The notes below the pieces were generated by a model. The model saw nothing but the letters and a program-made list of their open reading frames with translations. It did not search any database and was not told the DNA's origin. Shown piece after piece: positions 41,301 through 56,300 of a stretch of 64,000 bases of DNA. The position numbers and the translations under genes were made by a program. Each line of letters begins with the position of its first letter. The stretch's first letter is position 1. Source of the stretch: Schmidtea polychroa (Eukaryota); NCBI GenBank assembly GCA_044892525.1, contig CM097885.1, forward strand, positions 39,558,001 through 39,622,000, in the 5' to 3' direction.

Positions 41301-44300
41301 GCCCTGTGGCCCAATGGATAAGGCGTCTGACTTCGAATCAGAAGATTGCAGGTTCGAGTCCTGCCAGGGTCGTATTATTTTTTGTCATTCTTTTTAATTC
41401 TAATTTTTAGGCCGTTGCAAGAAACAAGAAAGAAAGATAGATAGATGATATATTATTTTCAAATTTTTGATCGAGGAATCAACTTCATCATCATCTATCC
41501 TTCGTGATAAAGTTTGAAAATTTCCAAGTTTTTTTTCAACTGTGTTTTAGGTTAATTAAATTGAAAATGTATTTTAAGGCCCTGTGGCCCAATGGATAAG
41601 GCGTCTGACTTCGAATCAGAAGATTGCAGGTTCGAGTCCTGCCAGGGTCGTATTATTTTTTGTCATTCTTGTTAATTCTAATTTTTAGGCCGTTGCAAGA
41701 AACAAGAAAGAAAGATAGATAGATGATATATTATTTTCAAATTTTTGATCGAGGAATCAACTTCATCATCATCTATCCTTCGTGATAAAGTTTGAAAATT
41801 TCCAAGTTTTTTTTCAACTGTGTTTTAGGTTAATTAAATTGAAAATGTATTTTAAGGCCCTGTGGCCCAATGGATAAGGCGTCTGACTTCGAATCAGAAG
41901 ATTGCAGGTTCGAGTCCTGCCAGGGTCGTATTATTTTTTGTCATTCTTGTTAATTCTAATTTTTAGGCCGTTGCAAGAAACAAGAAAGAAAGATAGATAG
42001 ATGATATATTATTTTCAAATTTTTGATCGAGGAATCAACTTCATCATCATCTATCCTTCGTGATAAAGTTTGAAAATTTCCAAGTTTTTTTTCAACTGTG
42101 TTTTAGGTTAATTAAATTGAAAATGTATTTTAAGGCCCTGTGGCCCAATGGATAAGGCGTCTGACTTCGAATCAGAAGATTGCAGGTTCGAGTCCTGCCA
42201 GGGTCGTATTATTTTTTGTCATTCTTTTTAATTCTAATTTTTAGGCCGTTGCAAGAAACAAGAAAGAAAGATAGATAGATGATATATTATTTTCAAATTT
42301 TTGATCGAGGAATCAACTTCATCATCATCTATCCTTCGTGATAAAGTTTGAAAATTTCCAAGTTTTTTTTCAACTGTGTTTTAGGTTAATTAAATTGAAA
42401 ATGTATTTTAAGGCCCTGTGGCCCAATGGATAAGGCGTCTGACTTCGAATCAGAAGATTGCAGGTTCGAGTCCTGCCAGGGTCGTATTATTTTTTGTCAT
42501 TCTTGTTAATTCTAATTTTTAGGCCGTTGCAAGAAACAAGAAAGAAAGATAGATAGATGATATATTATTTTCAAATTTTTGATCGAGGAATCAACTTCAT
42601 CATCATCTATCCTTCGTGATAAAGTTTGAAAATTTCCAAGTTTTTTTTCAACTGTGTTTTAGGTTAATTAAATTGAAAATGTATTTTAAGGCCCTGTGGC
42701 CCAATGGATAAGGCGTCTGACTTCGAATCAGAAGATTGCAGGTTTGAGTCCTGCCAGGGTCGTATTATTTTTTGTCATTCTTGTTAATTCTAATTTTTAG
42801 GCCGTTGCAAGAAACAAGAAAGAAAGATAGATAGATGATATATTATTTTCAAATTTTTGATCGAGGAATCAACTTCATCATCATCTATCCTTCGTGATAA
42901 AGTTTGAAAATTTCCAAGTTTTTTTTCAACTGTGTTTTAGGTTAATTAAATTGAAAATGTATTTTAAGGCCCTGTGGCCCAATGGATAAGGCGTCTGACT
43001 TCGAATCAGAAGATTGCAGGTTCAAGTCCTGCCAGGGTCGTATTATTTTTTGTCATTCTTGTTAATTCTTATTTTTAGGCCGTTGCAAGAAACAAGAAAG
43101 AAAGATAGATAGATGATATATTATTTTCAAATTTTTGATCGAGGAATCAACTTCATCATCATCTATCCTTCGTGATAAAGTTTGAAAATTTCCAAGTTTT
43201 TTTTCAACTGTGTTTTAGGTTAATTAAATTGAAAATGTATTTTAAGGCCCTGTGGCCCAATGGATAAGGCGTCTGACTTCGAATCAGAAGATTGCAGGTT
43301 CGCGTCCTGCCAGGGTCGTATTATTTTTTGTCATTCTTGTTAATTCTAATTTTTAGGCCGTTGCAAGAAACAAGAAAGAAAGATAGATAGATGATATATT
43401 ATTTTCAAATTTTTGATCGAGGAATCAACTTCATCATCATCTATCCTTCGTGATAAAGTTTGAAAATTTCCAAGTTTTTTTTCAACTGTGTTTTAGGTTA
43501 ATTAAATTGAAAATGTATTTTAAGGCCCTGTGGCCCAATGGATAAGGCGTCTGACTTCGAATCAGAAGATTGCAGGTTCGAGTCCTGCCAGGGTCGTATT
43601 ATTTTTTGTCATTCTTGTTAATTCTAATTTTTAGGCCGTTGCAAGAAACAAGAAAGAAAGATAGATAGATGATATATTATTTTCAAATTTTTGATCGAGG
43701 AATCAACTTCATCATCATCTATCCTTCGTGATAAAGTTTGAAAATTTCCAAGTTTTTTTTCAACTGTGTTTTAGGTTAATTAAATTGAAAATGTATTTTA
43801 AGGCCCTGTGGCCCAATGGATAAGGCGTCTGACTTCGAATCAGAAGATTGCAGGTTCGAGTCCTGCCAGGGTCGTATTATTTTTTGTCATTCTTGTTAAT
43901 TCTAATTTTTAGGCCGTTGCAAGAAACAAGAAAGAAAGATAGATAGATGATATATTATTTTCAAATTTTTGATCGAGGAATCAACTTCATCATCATCTAT
44001 CCTTCGTGATAAAGTTTGAAAATTTCCAAGTTTTTTTTCAACTGTGTTTTAGGTTAATTAAATTGAAAATGTATTTTAAGGCCCTGTGGCCCAATGGATA
44101 AGGCGTCTGACTTCGAATCAGAAGATTGCAGGTTCGAGTCCTGCCAGGGTCGTATTATTTTTTGTCATTCTTGTTAATTCTAATTTTTAGGCCGTTGCAA
44201 GAAACAAGAAAGAAAGATAGATAGATGATATATTATTTTCAAATTTTTGATCGAGGAATCAACTTCATCATCATCTATCCTTCGTGATAAAGTTTGAAAA

Positions 44301-47300
44301 TTTCCAAGTTTTTTTTCAACTGTGTTTTAGGTTAATTAAATTGAAAATGTATTTTAAGGCCCTGTGGCCCAATGGATAAGGCGTCTGACTTCGAATCAGA
44401 AGATTGCAGGTTCGAGTCCTGCCAGGGTCGTATTATTTTTTGTCATTCTTGTTAATTCTAATTTTTAGGCCGTTGCAAGAAACAAGAAAGAAAGATAGAT
44501 AGATGATATATTATTTTCAAATTTTTGATCGAGGAATCAACTTCATCATCATCTATCCTTCGTGATAAAGTTTGAAAATTTCCATGTTTTTTTTCAACTG
44601 TGTTTTAGGTTAATTAAATTGAAAATGTATTTTAAGGCCCTGTGGCCCAATGGATAAGGCGTCTGACTTCGAATCAGAAGATTGCAGGTTCGAGTCCTGC
44701 CAGGGTCGTATTATTTTTTGTCATTCTTTTTAATTCTAATTTTTAGGCCGTTGCAAGAAACAAGAAAGAAAGATAGATAGATGATATATTATTTTCAAAT
44801 TTTTGATCGAGGAATCAACTTCATCATCATCTATCCTTCGTGATAAAGTTTGAAAATTTCCAAGTTTTTTTTCAACTGTGTTTTAGGTTAATTAAATTGA
44901 AAATGTATTTTAAGGCCCTGTGGCCCAATGGATAAGGCGTCTGACTTCGAATCAGAAGATTGCAGGTTCGAGTCCTGCCAGGGTCGTATTATTTTTTGTC
45001 ATTCTTGTTAATTCTAATTTTTAGGCCGTTGCAAGAAACAAGAAAGAAAGATAGATAGATGATATATTATTTTCAAATTTTTGATCGAGGAATCAACTTC
45101 ATCATCATCTATCCTTCGTGATAAAGTTTGAAAATTTCCAAGTTTTTTTTCAACTGTGTTTTAGGTTAATTAAATTGAAAATGTATTTTAAGGCCCTGTG
45201 GCCCAATGGATAAGGCGTCTGACTTCGAATCAGAAGATTGCAGGTTCGAGTCCTGCCAGGGTCGTATTATTTTTTGTCATTCTTGTTAATTCTAATTTTT
45301 AGGCCGTTGCAAGAAACAAGAAAGAAAGATAGATAGATGATATATTATTTTCAAATTTTTGATCGAGGAATCAACTTCATCATCATCTATCCTTCGTGAT
45401 AAAGTTTGAAAATTTCCAAGTTTTTTTTCAACTGTGTTTTAGGTTAATTAAATTGAAAATGTATTTTAAGGCCCTGTGGCCCAATGGATAAGGCGTCTGA
45501 CTTCGAATCAGAAGATTGCAGGTTCGAGTCCTGCCAGGGTCGTATTATTTTTTGTCATTCTTGTTAATTCTAATTTTTAGGCCGTTGCAAGAAACAAGAA
45601 AGAAAGATAGATAGATGATATATTATTTTCAAATTTTTGATCGAGGAATCAACTTCATCATCATCTATCCTTCGTGATAAAGTTTGAAAATTTCCATGTT
45701 TTTTTTCAACTGTGTTTTAGGTTAATTAAATTGAAAATGTATTTTAAGGCCCTGTGGCCCAATGGATAAGGCGTCTGACTTCGAATCAGAAGATTGCAGG
45801 TTCGAGTCCTGCCAGGGTCGTATTATTTTTTGTCATTCTTTTTAATTCTAATTTTTAGGCCGTTGCAAGAAACAAGAAAGAAAGATAGATAGATGATATA
45901 TTATTTTCAAATTTTTGATCGAGGAATCAACTTCATCATCATCTATCCTTCGTGATAAAGTTTGAAAATTTCCAAGTTTTTTTTCAACTGTGTTTTAGGT
46001 TAATTAAATTGAAAATGTATTTTAAGGCCCTGTGGCCCAATGGATAAGGCGTCTGACTTCGAATCAGAAGATTGCAGGTTCGAGTCCTGCCAGGGTCGTA
46101 TTATTTTTTGTCATTCTTGTTAATTCTAATTTTTAGGCCGTTGCAAGAAACAAGAAAGAAAGATAGATAGATGATATATTATTTTCAAATTTTTGATCGA
46201 GGAATCAACTTCATCATCATCTATCCTTCGTGATAAAGTTTGAAAATTTCCAAGTTTTTTTTCAACTGTGTTTTAGGTTAATTAAATTGAAAATGTATTT
46301 TAAGGCCCTGTGGCCCAATGGATAAGGCGTCTGACTTCGAATCAGAAGATTGCAGGTTCGAGTCCTGCCAGGGTCGTATTATTTTTTGTCATTCTTGTTA
46401 ATTCTAATTTTTAGGCCGTTGCAAGAAACAAGAAAGAAAGATAGATAGATGATATATTATTTTCAAATTTTTGATCGAGGAATCAACTTCATCATCATCT
46501 ATCCTTCGTGATAAAGTTTGAAAATTTCCAAGTTTTTTTTCAACTGTGTTTTAGGTTAATTAAATTGAAAATGTATTTTAAGGCCCTGTGGCCCAATGGA
46601 TAAGGCGTCTGACTTCGAATCAGAAGATTGCAGGTTCGAGTCCTGCCAGGGTCGTATTATTTTTTGTCATTCTTTTTAATTCTAATTTTTAGGCCGTTGC
46701 AAGAAACAAGAAAGAAAGATAGATAGATGATATATTATTTTCAAATTTTTGATCGAGGAATCAACTTCATCATCATCTATCCTTCGTGATAAAGTTTGAA
46801 AATTTCCAAGTTTTTTTTCAACTGTGTTTTAGGTTAATTAAATTGAAAATGTATTTTAAGGCCCTGTGGCCCAATGGATAAGGCGTCTGACTTCGAATCA
46901 GAAGATTGCAGGTTCGAGTCCTGCCAGGGTCGTATTATTTTTTGTCATTCTTGTTAATTCTAATTTTTAGGCCGTTGCAAGAAACAAGAAAGAAAGATAG
47001 ATAGATGATATATTATTTTCAAATTTTTGATCGAGGAATCAACTTCATCATCATCTATCCTTCGTGATAAAGTTTGAAAATTTCCAAGTTTATTTTCAAC
47101 TGTGTTTTAGGTTAATTAAATTGAAAATGTATTTTAAGGCCCTGTGGCCCAATGGATAAGGCGTCTGACTTCGAATCAGAAGATTGCAGGTTCGAGTCCT
47201 GCCAGGGTCGTATTATTTTTTGTCATTCTTGTTAATTCTAATTTTTAGGCCGTTGCAAGAAACAAGAAAGAAAGATAGATAGATGATATATTATTTTCAA

Positions 47301-50300
47301 ATTTTTGATCGAGGAATCAACTTCATCATCATCTATCCTTCGTGATAAAGTTTGAAAATTTCCAAGTTTTTTTTCAACTGTGTTTTAGGTTAATTAAATT
47401 GAAAATGTATTTTAAGGCCCTGTGGCCCAATGGATAAGGCGTCTGACTTCGAATCAGAAGATTGCAGGTTCAAGTCCTGCCAGGGTCGTATTATTTTTTG
47501 TCATTCTTGTTAATTCTTATTTTTAGGCCGTTGCAAGAAACAAGAAAGAAAGATAGATAGATGATATATTATTTTCAAATTTTTGATCGAGGAATCAACT
47601 TCATCATCATCTATCCTTCGTGATAAAGTTTGAAAATTTCCAAGTTTTTTTTCAACTGTGTTTTAGGTTAATTAAATTGAAAATGTATTTTAAGGCCCTG
47701 TGGCCCAATGGATAAGGCGTCTGACTTCGAATCAGAAGATTGCAGGTTCGCGTCCTGCCAGGGTCGTATTATTTTTTGTCATTCTTGTTAATTCTAATTT
47801 TTAGGCCGTTGCAAGAAACAAGAAAGAAAGATAGATAGATGATATATTATTTTCAAATTTTTGATCGAGGAATCAACTTCATCATCATCTATCCTTCGTG
47901 ATAAAGTTTGAAAATTTCCAAGTTTTTTTTCAACTGTGTTTTAGGTTAATTAAATTGAAAATGTATTTTAAGGCCCTGTGGCCCAATGGATAAGGCGTCT
48001 GACTTCGAATCAGAAGATTGCAGGTTCGAGTCCTGCCAGGGTCGTATTATTTTTTGTCATTCTTGTTAATTCTAATTTTTAGGCCGTTGCAAGAAACAAG
48101 AAAGAAAGATAGATAGATGATATATTATTTTCAAATTTTTGATCGAGGAATCAACTTCATCATCATCTATCCTTCGTGATAAAGTTTGAAAATTTCCAAG
48201 TTTTTTTTCAACTGTGTTTTAGGTTAATTAAATTGAAAATGTATTTTAAGGCCCTGTGGCCCAATGGATAAGGCGTCTGACTTCGAATCAGAAGATTGCA
48301 GGTTCGAGTCCTGCCAGGGTCGTATTATTTTTTGTCATTCTTGTTAATTCTAATTTTTAGGCCGTTGCAAGAAACAAGAAAGAAAGATAGATAGATGATA
48401 TATTATTTTCAAATTTTTGATCGAGGAATCAACTTCATCATCATCTATCCTTCGTGATAAAGTTTGAAAATTTCCAAGTTTTTTTTCAACTGTGTTTTAG
48501 GTTAATTAAATTGAAAATGTATTTTAAGGCCCTGTGGCCCAATGGATAAGGCGTCTGACTTCGAATCAGAAGATTGCAGGTTCGAGTCCTGCCAGGGTCG
48601 TATTATTTTTTGTCATTCTTGTTAATTCTAATTTTTAGGCCGTTGCAAGAAACAAGAAAGAAAGATAGATAGATGATATATTATTTTCAAATTTTTGATC
48701 GAGGAATCAACTTCATCATCATCTATCCTTCGTGATAAAGTTTGAAAATTTCCAAGTTTTTTTTCAACTGTGTTTTAGGTTAATTAAATTGAAAATGTAT
48801 TTTAAGGCCCTGTGGCCCAATGGATAAGGCGTCTGACTTCGAATCAGAAGATTGCAGGTTCGCGTCCTGCCAGGGTCGTATTATTTTTTGTCATTCTTGT
48901 TAATTCTAATTTTTAGGCCGTTGCAAGAAACAAGAAAGAAAGATAGATAGATGATATATTATTTTCAAATTTTTGATCGAGGAATCAACTTCATCATCAT
49001 CTATCCTTCGTGATAAAGTTTGAAAATTTCCAAGTTTTTTTTCAACTGTGTTTTAGGTTAATTAAATTGAAAATGTATTTTAAGGCCCTGTGGCCCAATG
49101 GATAAGGCGTCTGACTTCGAATCAGAAGATTGCAGGTTCGAGTCCTGCCAGGGTCGTATTATTTTTTGTCATTCTTGTTAATTCTAATTTTTAGGCCGTT
49201 GCAAGAAACAAGAAAGAAAGATAGATAGATGATATATTATTTTCAAATTTTTGATCGAGGAATCAACTTCATCATCATCTATCCTTCGTGATAAAGTTTG
49301 AAAATTTCCAAGTTTTTTTTCAACTGTGTTTTAGGTTAATTAAATTGAAAATGTATTTTAAGGCCCTGTGGCCCAATGGATAAGGCGTCTGACTTCGAAT
49401 CAGAAGATTGCAGGTTCGAGTCCTGCCAGGGTCGTATTATTTTTTGTCATTCTTGTTAATTCTAATTTTTAGGCCGTTGCAAGAAACAAGAAAGAAAGAT
49501 AGATAGATGATATATTATTTTCAAATTTTTGATCGAGGAATCAACTTCATCATCATCTATCCTTCGTGATAAAGTTTGAAAATTTCCAAGTTTTTTTTCA
49601 ACTGTGTTTTAGGTTAATTAAATTGAAAATGTATTTTAAGGCCCTGTGGCCCAATGGATAAGGCGTCTGACTTCGAATCAGAAGATTGCAGGTTCGAGTC
49701 CTGCCAGGGTCGTATTATTTTTTGTCATTCTTGTTAATTCTAATTTTTAGGCCGTTGCAAGAAACAAGAAAGAAAGATAGATAGATGATATATTATTTTC
49801 AAATTTTTGATCGAGGAATCAACTTCATCATCATCTATCCTTCGTGATAAAGTTTGAAAATTTCCAAGTTTTTTTTCAACTGTGTTTTAGGTTAATTAAA
49901 TTGAAAATGTATTTTAAGGCCCTGTGGCCCAATGGATAAGGCGTCTGACTTCGAATCAGAAGATTGCAGGTTCGAGTCCTGCCAGGGTCGTATTATTTTT
50001 TGTCATTCTTGTTAATTCTAATTTTTAGGCCGTTGCAAGAAACAAGAAAGAAAGATAGATAGATGATATATTATTTTCAAATTTTTGATCGAGGAATCAA
50101 CTTCATCATCATCTATCCTTCGTGATAAAGTTTGAAAATTTCCATGTTTTTTTTCAACTGTGTTTTAGGTTAATTAAATTGAAAATGTATTTTAAGGCCC
50201 TGTGGCCCAATGGATAAGGCGTCTGACTTCGAATCAGAAGATTGCAGGTTCGAGTCCTGCCAGGGTCGTATTATTTTTTGTCATTCTTTTTAATTCTAAT

Positions 50301-53300
50301 TTTTAGGCCGTTGCAAGAAACAAGAAAGAAAGATAGATAGATGATATATTATTTTCAAATTTTTGATCGAGGAATCAACTTCATCATCATCTATCCTTCG
50401 TGATAAAGTTTGAAAATTTCCAAGTTTTTTTTCAACTGTGTTTTAGGTTAATTAAATTGAAAATGTATTTTAAGGCCCTGTGGCCCAATGGATAAGGCGT
50501 CTGACTTCGAATCAGAAGATTGCAGGTTCGAGTCCTGCCAGGGTCGTATTATTTTTTGTCATTCTTGTTAATTCTAATTTTTAGGCCGTTGCAAGAAACA
50601 AGAAAGAAAGATAGATAGATGATATATTATTTTCAAATTTTTGATCGAGGAATCAACTTCATCATCATCTATCCTTCGTGATAAAGTTTGAAAATTTCCA
50701 AGTTTTTTTTCAACTGTGTTTTAGGTTAATTAAATTGAAAATGTATTTTAAGGCCCTGTGGCCCAATGGATAAGGCGTCTGACTTCGAATCAGAAGATTG
50801 CAGGTTCGAGTCCTGCCAGGGTCGTATTATTTTTTGTCATTCTTGTTAATTCTAATTTTTAGGCCGTTGCAAGAAACAAGAAAGAAAGATAGATAGATGA
50901 TATATTATTTTCAAATTTTTGATCGAGGAATCAACTTCATCATCATCTATCCTTCGTGATAAAGTTTGAAAATTTCCAAGTTTTTTTTCAACTGTGTTTT
51001 AGGTTAATTAAATTGAAAATGTATTTTAAGGCCCTGTGGCCCAATGGATAAGGCGTCTGACTTCGAATCAGAAGATTGCAGGTTCGAGTCCTGCCAGGGT
51101 CGTATTATTTTTTGTCATTCTTGTTAATTCTAATTTTTAGGCCGTTGCAAGAAACAAGAAAGAAAGATAGATAGATGATATATTATTTTCAAATTTTTGA
51201 TCGAGGAATCAACTTCATCATCATCTATCCTTCGTGATAAAGTTTGAAAATTTCCATGTTTTTTTTCAACTGTGTTTTAGGTTAATTAAATTGAAAATGT
51301 ATTTTAAGGCCCTGTGGCCCAATGGATAAGGCGTCTGACTTCGAATCAGAAGATTGCAGGTTCGAGTCCTGCCAGGGTCGTATTATTTTTTGTCATTCTT
51401 TTTAATTCTAATTTTTAGGCCGTTGCAAGAAACAAGAAAGAAAGATAGATAGATGATATATTATTTTCAAATTTTTGATCGAGGAATCAACTTCATCATC
51501 ATCTATCCTTCGTGATAAAGTTTGAAAATTTCCAAGTTTTTTTTCAACTGTGTTTTAGGTTAATTAAATTGAAAATGTATTTTAAGGCCCTGTGGCCCAA
51601 TGGATAAGGCGTCTGACTTCGAATCAGAAGATTGCAGGTTCGAGTCCTGCCAGGGTCGCATTATTTTTTGTCATTCTTGTTAATTCTAATTTTTAGGCCG
51701 TTGCAAGAAACAAGAAAGAAAGATAGATAGATGATATATTATTTTCAAATTTTTGATCGAGGAATCAACTTCATCATCATCTATCCTTCGTGATAAAGTT
51801 TGAAAATTTCCAAGTTTTTTTTCAACTGTGTTTTAGGTTAATTAAATTGAAAATGTATTTTAAGGCCCTGTGGCCCAATGGATAAGGCGTCTGACTTCGA
51901 ATCAGAAGATTGCAGGTTCGAGTCCTGCCAGGGTCGTATTATTTTTTGTCATTCTTGTTAATTCTAATTTTTAGGCCGTTGCAAGAAACAAGAAAGAAAG
52001 ATAGATAGATGATATATTATTTTCAAATTTTTGATCGAGGAATCAACTTCATCATCATCTATCCTTCATGATAAAGTTTGAAAATTTCCAAGTTTTTTTT
52101 CAACTGTGTTTTAGGTTAATTAAATTGAAAATGTATTTTAAGGCCCTGTGGCCCAATGGATAAGGCGTCTGACTTCGAATCAGAAGATTGCAGGTTCGAG
52201 TCCTGCCAGGGTCGTATTATTTTTTGTCATTCTTGTTAATTCTAATTTTTAGGCCGTTGCAAGAAACAAGAAAGAAAGATAGATAGATGATATATTATTT
52301 TCAAATTTTTGATCGAGGAATCAACTTCATCATCATCTATCCTTCGTGATAAAGTTTGAAAATTTCCAAGTTTTTTTTCAACTGTGTTTTAGGTTAATTA
52401 AATTGAAAATGTATTTTAAGGCCCTGTGGCCCAATGGATAAGGCGTCTGACTTCGAATCAGAAGATTGCAGGTTCGAGTCCTGCCAGGGTCGTATTATTT
52501 TTTGTCATTCTTGTTAATTCTAATTTTTAGGCCGTTGCAAGAAACAAGAAAGAAAGATAGATAGATGATATATTATTTTCAAATTTTTGATCGAGGAATC
52601 AACTTCATCATCATCTATCCTTCGTGATAAAGTTTGAAAATTTCCATGTTTTTTTTCAACTGTGTTTTAGGTTAATTAAATTGAAAATGTATTTTAAGGC
52701 CCTGTGGCCCAATGGATAAGGCGTCTGACTTCGAATCAGAAGATTGCAGGTTCGAGTCCTGCCAGGGTCGTATTATTTTTTGTCATTCTTTTTAATTCTA
52801 ATTTTTAGGCCGTTGCAAGAAACAAGAAAGAAAGATAGATAGATGATATATTATTTTCAAATTTTTGATCGAGGAATCAACTTCATCATCATCTATCCTT
52901 CGTGATAAAGTTTGAAAATTTCCAAGTTTTTTTTCAACTGTGTTTTAGGTTAATTAAATTGAAAATGTATTTTAAGGCCCTGTGGCCCAATGGATAAGGC
53001 GTCTGACTTCGAATCAGAAGATTGCAGGTTCGAGTCCTGCCAGGGTCGTATTATTTTTTGTCATTCTTGTTAATTCTAATTTTTAGGCCGTTGCAAGAAA
53101 CAAGAAAGAAAGATAGATAGATGATATATTATTTTCAAATTTTTGATCGAGGAATCAACTTCATCATCATCTATCCTTCGTGATAAAGTTTGAAAATTTC
53201 CAAGTTTTTTTTCAACTGTGTTTTAGGTTAATTAAATTGAAAATGTATTTTAAGGCCCTGTGGCCCAATGGATAAGGCGTCTGACTTCGAATCAGAAGAT

Positions 53301-56300
53301 TGCAGGTTCGAGTCCTGCCAGGGTCGTATTATTTTTTGTCATTCTTGTTAATTCTAATTTTTAGGCCGTTGCAAGAAACAAGAAAGAAAGATAGATAGAT
53401 GATATATTATTTTCAAATTTTTGATCGAGGAATCAACTTCATCATCATCTATCCTTCGTGATAAAGTTTGAAAATTTCCAAGTTTTTTTTCAACTGTGTT
53501 TTAGGTTAATTAAATTGAAAATGTATTTTAAGGCCCTGTGGCCCAATGGATAAGGCGTCTGACTTCGAATCAGAAGATTGCAGGTTCGAGTCCTGCCAGG
53601 GTCGTATTATTTTTTGTCATTCTTTTTAATTCTAATTTTTAGGCCGTTGCAAGAAACAAGAAAGAAAGATAGATAGATGATATATTATTTTCAAATTTTT
53701 GATCGAGGAATCAACTTCATCATCATCTATCCTTCGTGATAAAGTTTGAAAATTTCCAAGTTTTTTTTCAACTGTGTTTTAGGTTAATTAAATTGAAAAT
53801 GTATTTTAAGGCCCTGTGGCCCAATGGATAAGGCGTCTGACTTCGAATCAGAAGATTGCAGGTTCGAGTCCTGCCAGGGTCGTATTATTTTTTGTCATTC
53901 TTGTTAATTCTAATTTTTAGGCCGTTGCAAGAAACAAGAAAGAAAGATAGATAGATGATATATTATTTTCAAATTTTTGATCGAGGAATCAACTTCATCA
54001 TCATCTATCCTTCGTGATAAAGTTTGAAAATTTCCAAGTTTTTTTTCAACTGTGTTTTAGGTTAATTAAATTGAAAATGTATTTTAAGGCCCTGTGGCCC
54101 AATGGATAAGGCGTCTGACTTCGAATCAGAAGATTGCAGGTTCGAGTCCTGCCAGGGTCGTATTATTTTTTGTCATTCTTGTTAATTCTAATTTTTAGGC
54201 CGTTGCAAGAAACAAGAAAGAAAGATAGATAGATGATATATTATTTTCAAATTTTTGATCGAGGAATCAACTTCATCATCATCTATCCTTCGTGATAAAG
54301 TTTGAAAATTTCCAAGTTTTTTTTCAACTGTGTTTTAGGTTAATTAAATTGAAAATGTATTTTAAGGCCCTGTGGCCCAATGGATAAGGCGTCTGACTTC
54401 GAATCAGAAGATTGCAGGTTCAAGTCCTGCCAGGGTCGTATTATTTTTTGTCATTCTTGTTAATTCTTATTTTTAGGCCGTTGCAAGAAACAAGAAAGAA
54501 AGATAGATAGATGATATATTATTTTCAAATTTTTGATCGAGGAATCAACTTCATCATCATCTATCCTTCGTGATAAAGTTTGAAAATTTCCAAGTTTTTT
54601 TTCAACTGTGTTTTAGGTTAATTAAATTGAAAATGTATTTTAAGGCCCTGTGGCCCAATGGATAAGGCGTCTGACTTCGAATCAGAAGATTGCAGGTTCG
54701 CGTCCTGCCAGGGTCGTATTATTTTTTGTCATTCTTGTTAATTCTAATTTTTAGGCCGTTGCAAGAAACAAGAAAGAAAGATAGATAGATGATATATTAT
54801 TTTCAAATTTTTGATCGAGGAATCAACTTCATCATCATCTATCCTTCGTGATAAAGTTTGAAAATTTCCAAGTTTTTTTTCAACTGTGTTTTAGGTTAAT
54901 TAAATTGAAAATGTATTTTAAGGCCCTGTGGCCCAATGGATAAGGCGTCTGACTTCGAATCAGAAGATTGCAGGTTCGAGTCCTGCCAGGGTCGTATTAT
55001 TTTTTGTCATTCTTGTTAATTCTAATTTTTAGGCCGTTGCAAGAAACAAGAAAGAAAGATAGATAGATGATATATTATTTTCAAATTTTTGATCGAGGAA
55101 TCAACTTCATCATCATCTATCCTTCGTGATAAAGTTTGAAAATTTCCAAGTTTTTTTTCAACTGTGTTTTAGGTTAATTAAATTGAAAATGTATTTTAAG
55201 GCCCTGTGGCCCAATGGATAAGGCGTCTGACTTCGAATCAGAAGATTGCAGGTTCGAGTCCTGCCAGGGTCGTATTATTTTTTGTCATTCTTGTTAATTC
55301 TAATTTTTAGGCCGTTGCAAGAAACAAGAAAGAAAGATAGATAGATGATATATTATTTTCAAATTTTTGATCGAGGAATCAACTTCATCATCATCTATCC
55401 TTCGTGATAAAGTTTGAAAATTTCCAAGTTTTTTTTCAACTGTGTTTTAGGTTAATTAAATTGAAAATGTATTTTAAGGCCCTGTGGCCCAATGGATAAG
55501 GCGTCTGACTTCGAATCAGAAGATTGCAGGTTCGAGTCCTGCCAGGGTCGTATTATTTTTTGTCATTCTTGTTAATTCTAATTTTTAGGCCGTTGCAAGA
55601 AACAAGAAAGAAAGATAGATAGATGATATATTATTTTCAAATTTTTGATCGAGGAATCAACTTCATCATCATCTATCCTTCGTGATAAAGTTTGAAAATT
55701 TCCAAGTTTTTTTTCAACTGTGTTTTAGGTTAATTAAATTGAAAATGTATTTTAAGGCCCTGTGGCCCAATGGATAAGGCGTCTGACTTCGAATCAGAAG
55801 ATTGCAGGTTCGAGTCCTGCCAGGGTCGTATTATTTTTTGTCATTCTTGTTAATTCTAATTTTTAGGCCGTTGCAAGAAACAAGAAAGAAAGATAGATAG
55901 ATGATATATTATTTTCAAATTTTTGATCGAGGAATCAACTTCATCATCATCTATCCTTCGTGATAAAGTTTGAAAATTTCCAAGTTTTTTTTCAACTGTG
56001 TTTTAGGTTAATTAAATTGAAAATGTATTTTAAGGCCCTGTGGCCCAATGGATAAGGCGTCTGACTTCGAATCAGAAGATTGCAGGTTCGAGTCCTGCCA
56101 GGGTCGTATTATTTTTTGTCATTCTTGTTAATTCTAATTTTTAGGCCGTTGCAAGAAACAAGAAAGAAAGATAGATAGATGATATATTATTTTCAAATTT
56201 TTGATCGAGGAATCAACTTCATCATCATCTATCCTTCGTGATAAAGTTTGAAAATTTCCAAGTTTTTTTTCAACTGTGTTTTAGGTTAATTAAATTGAAA

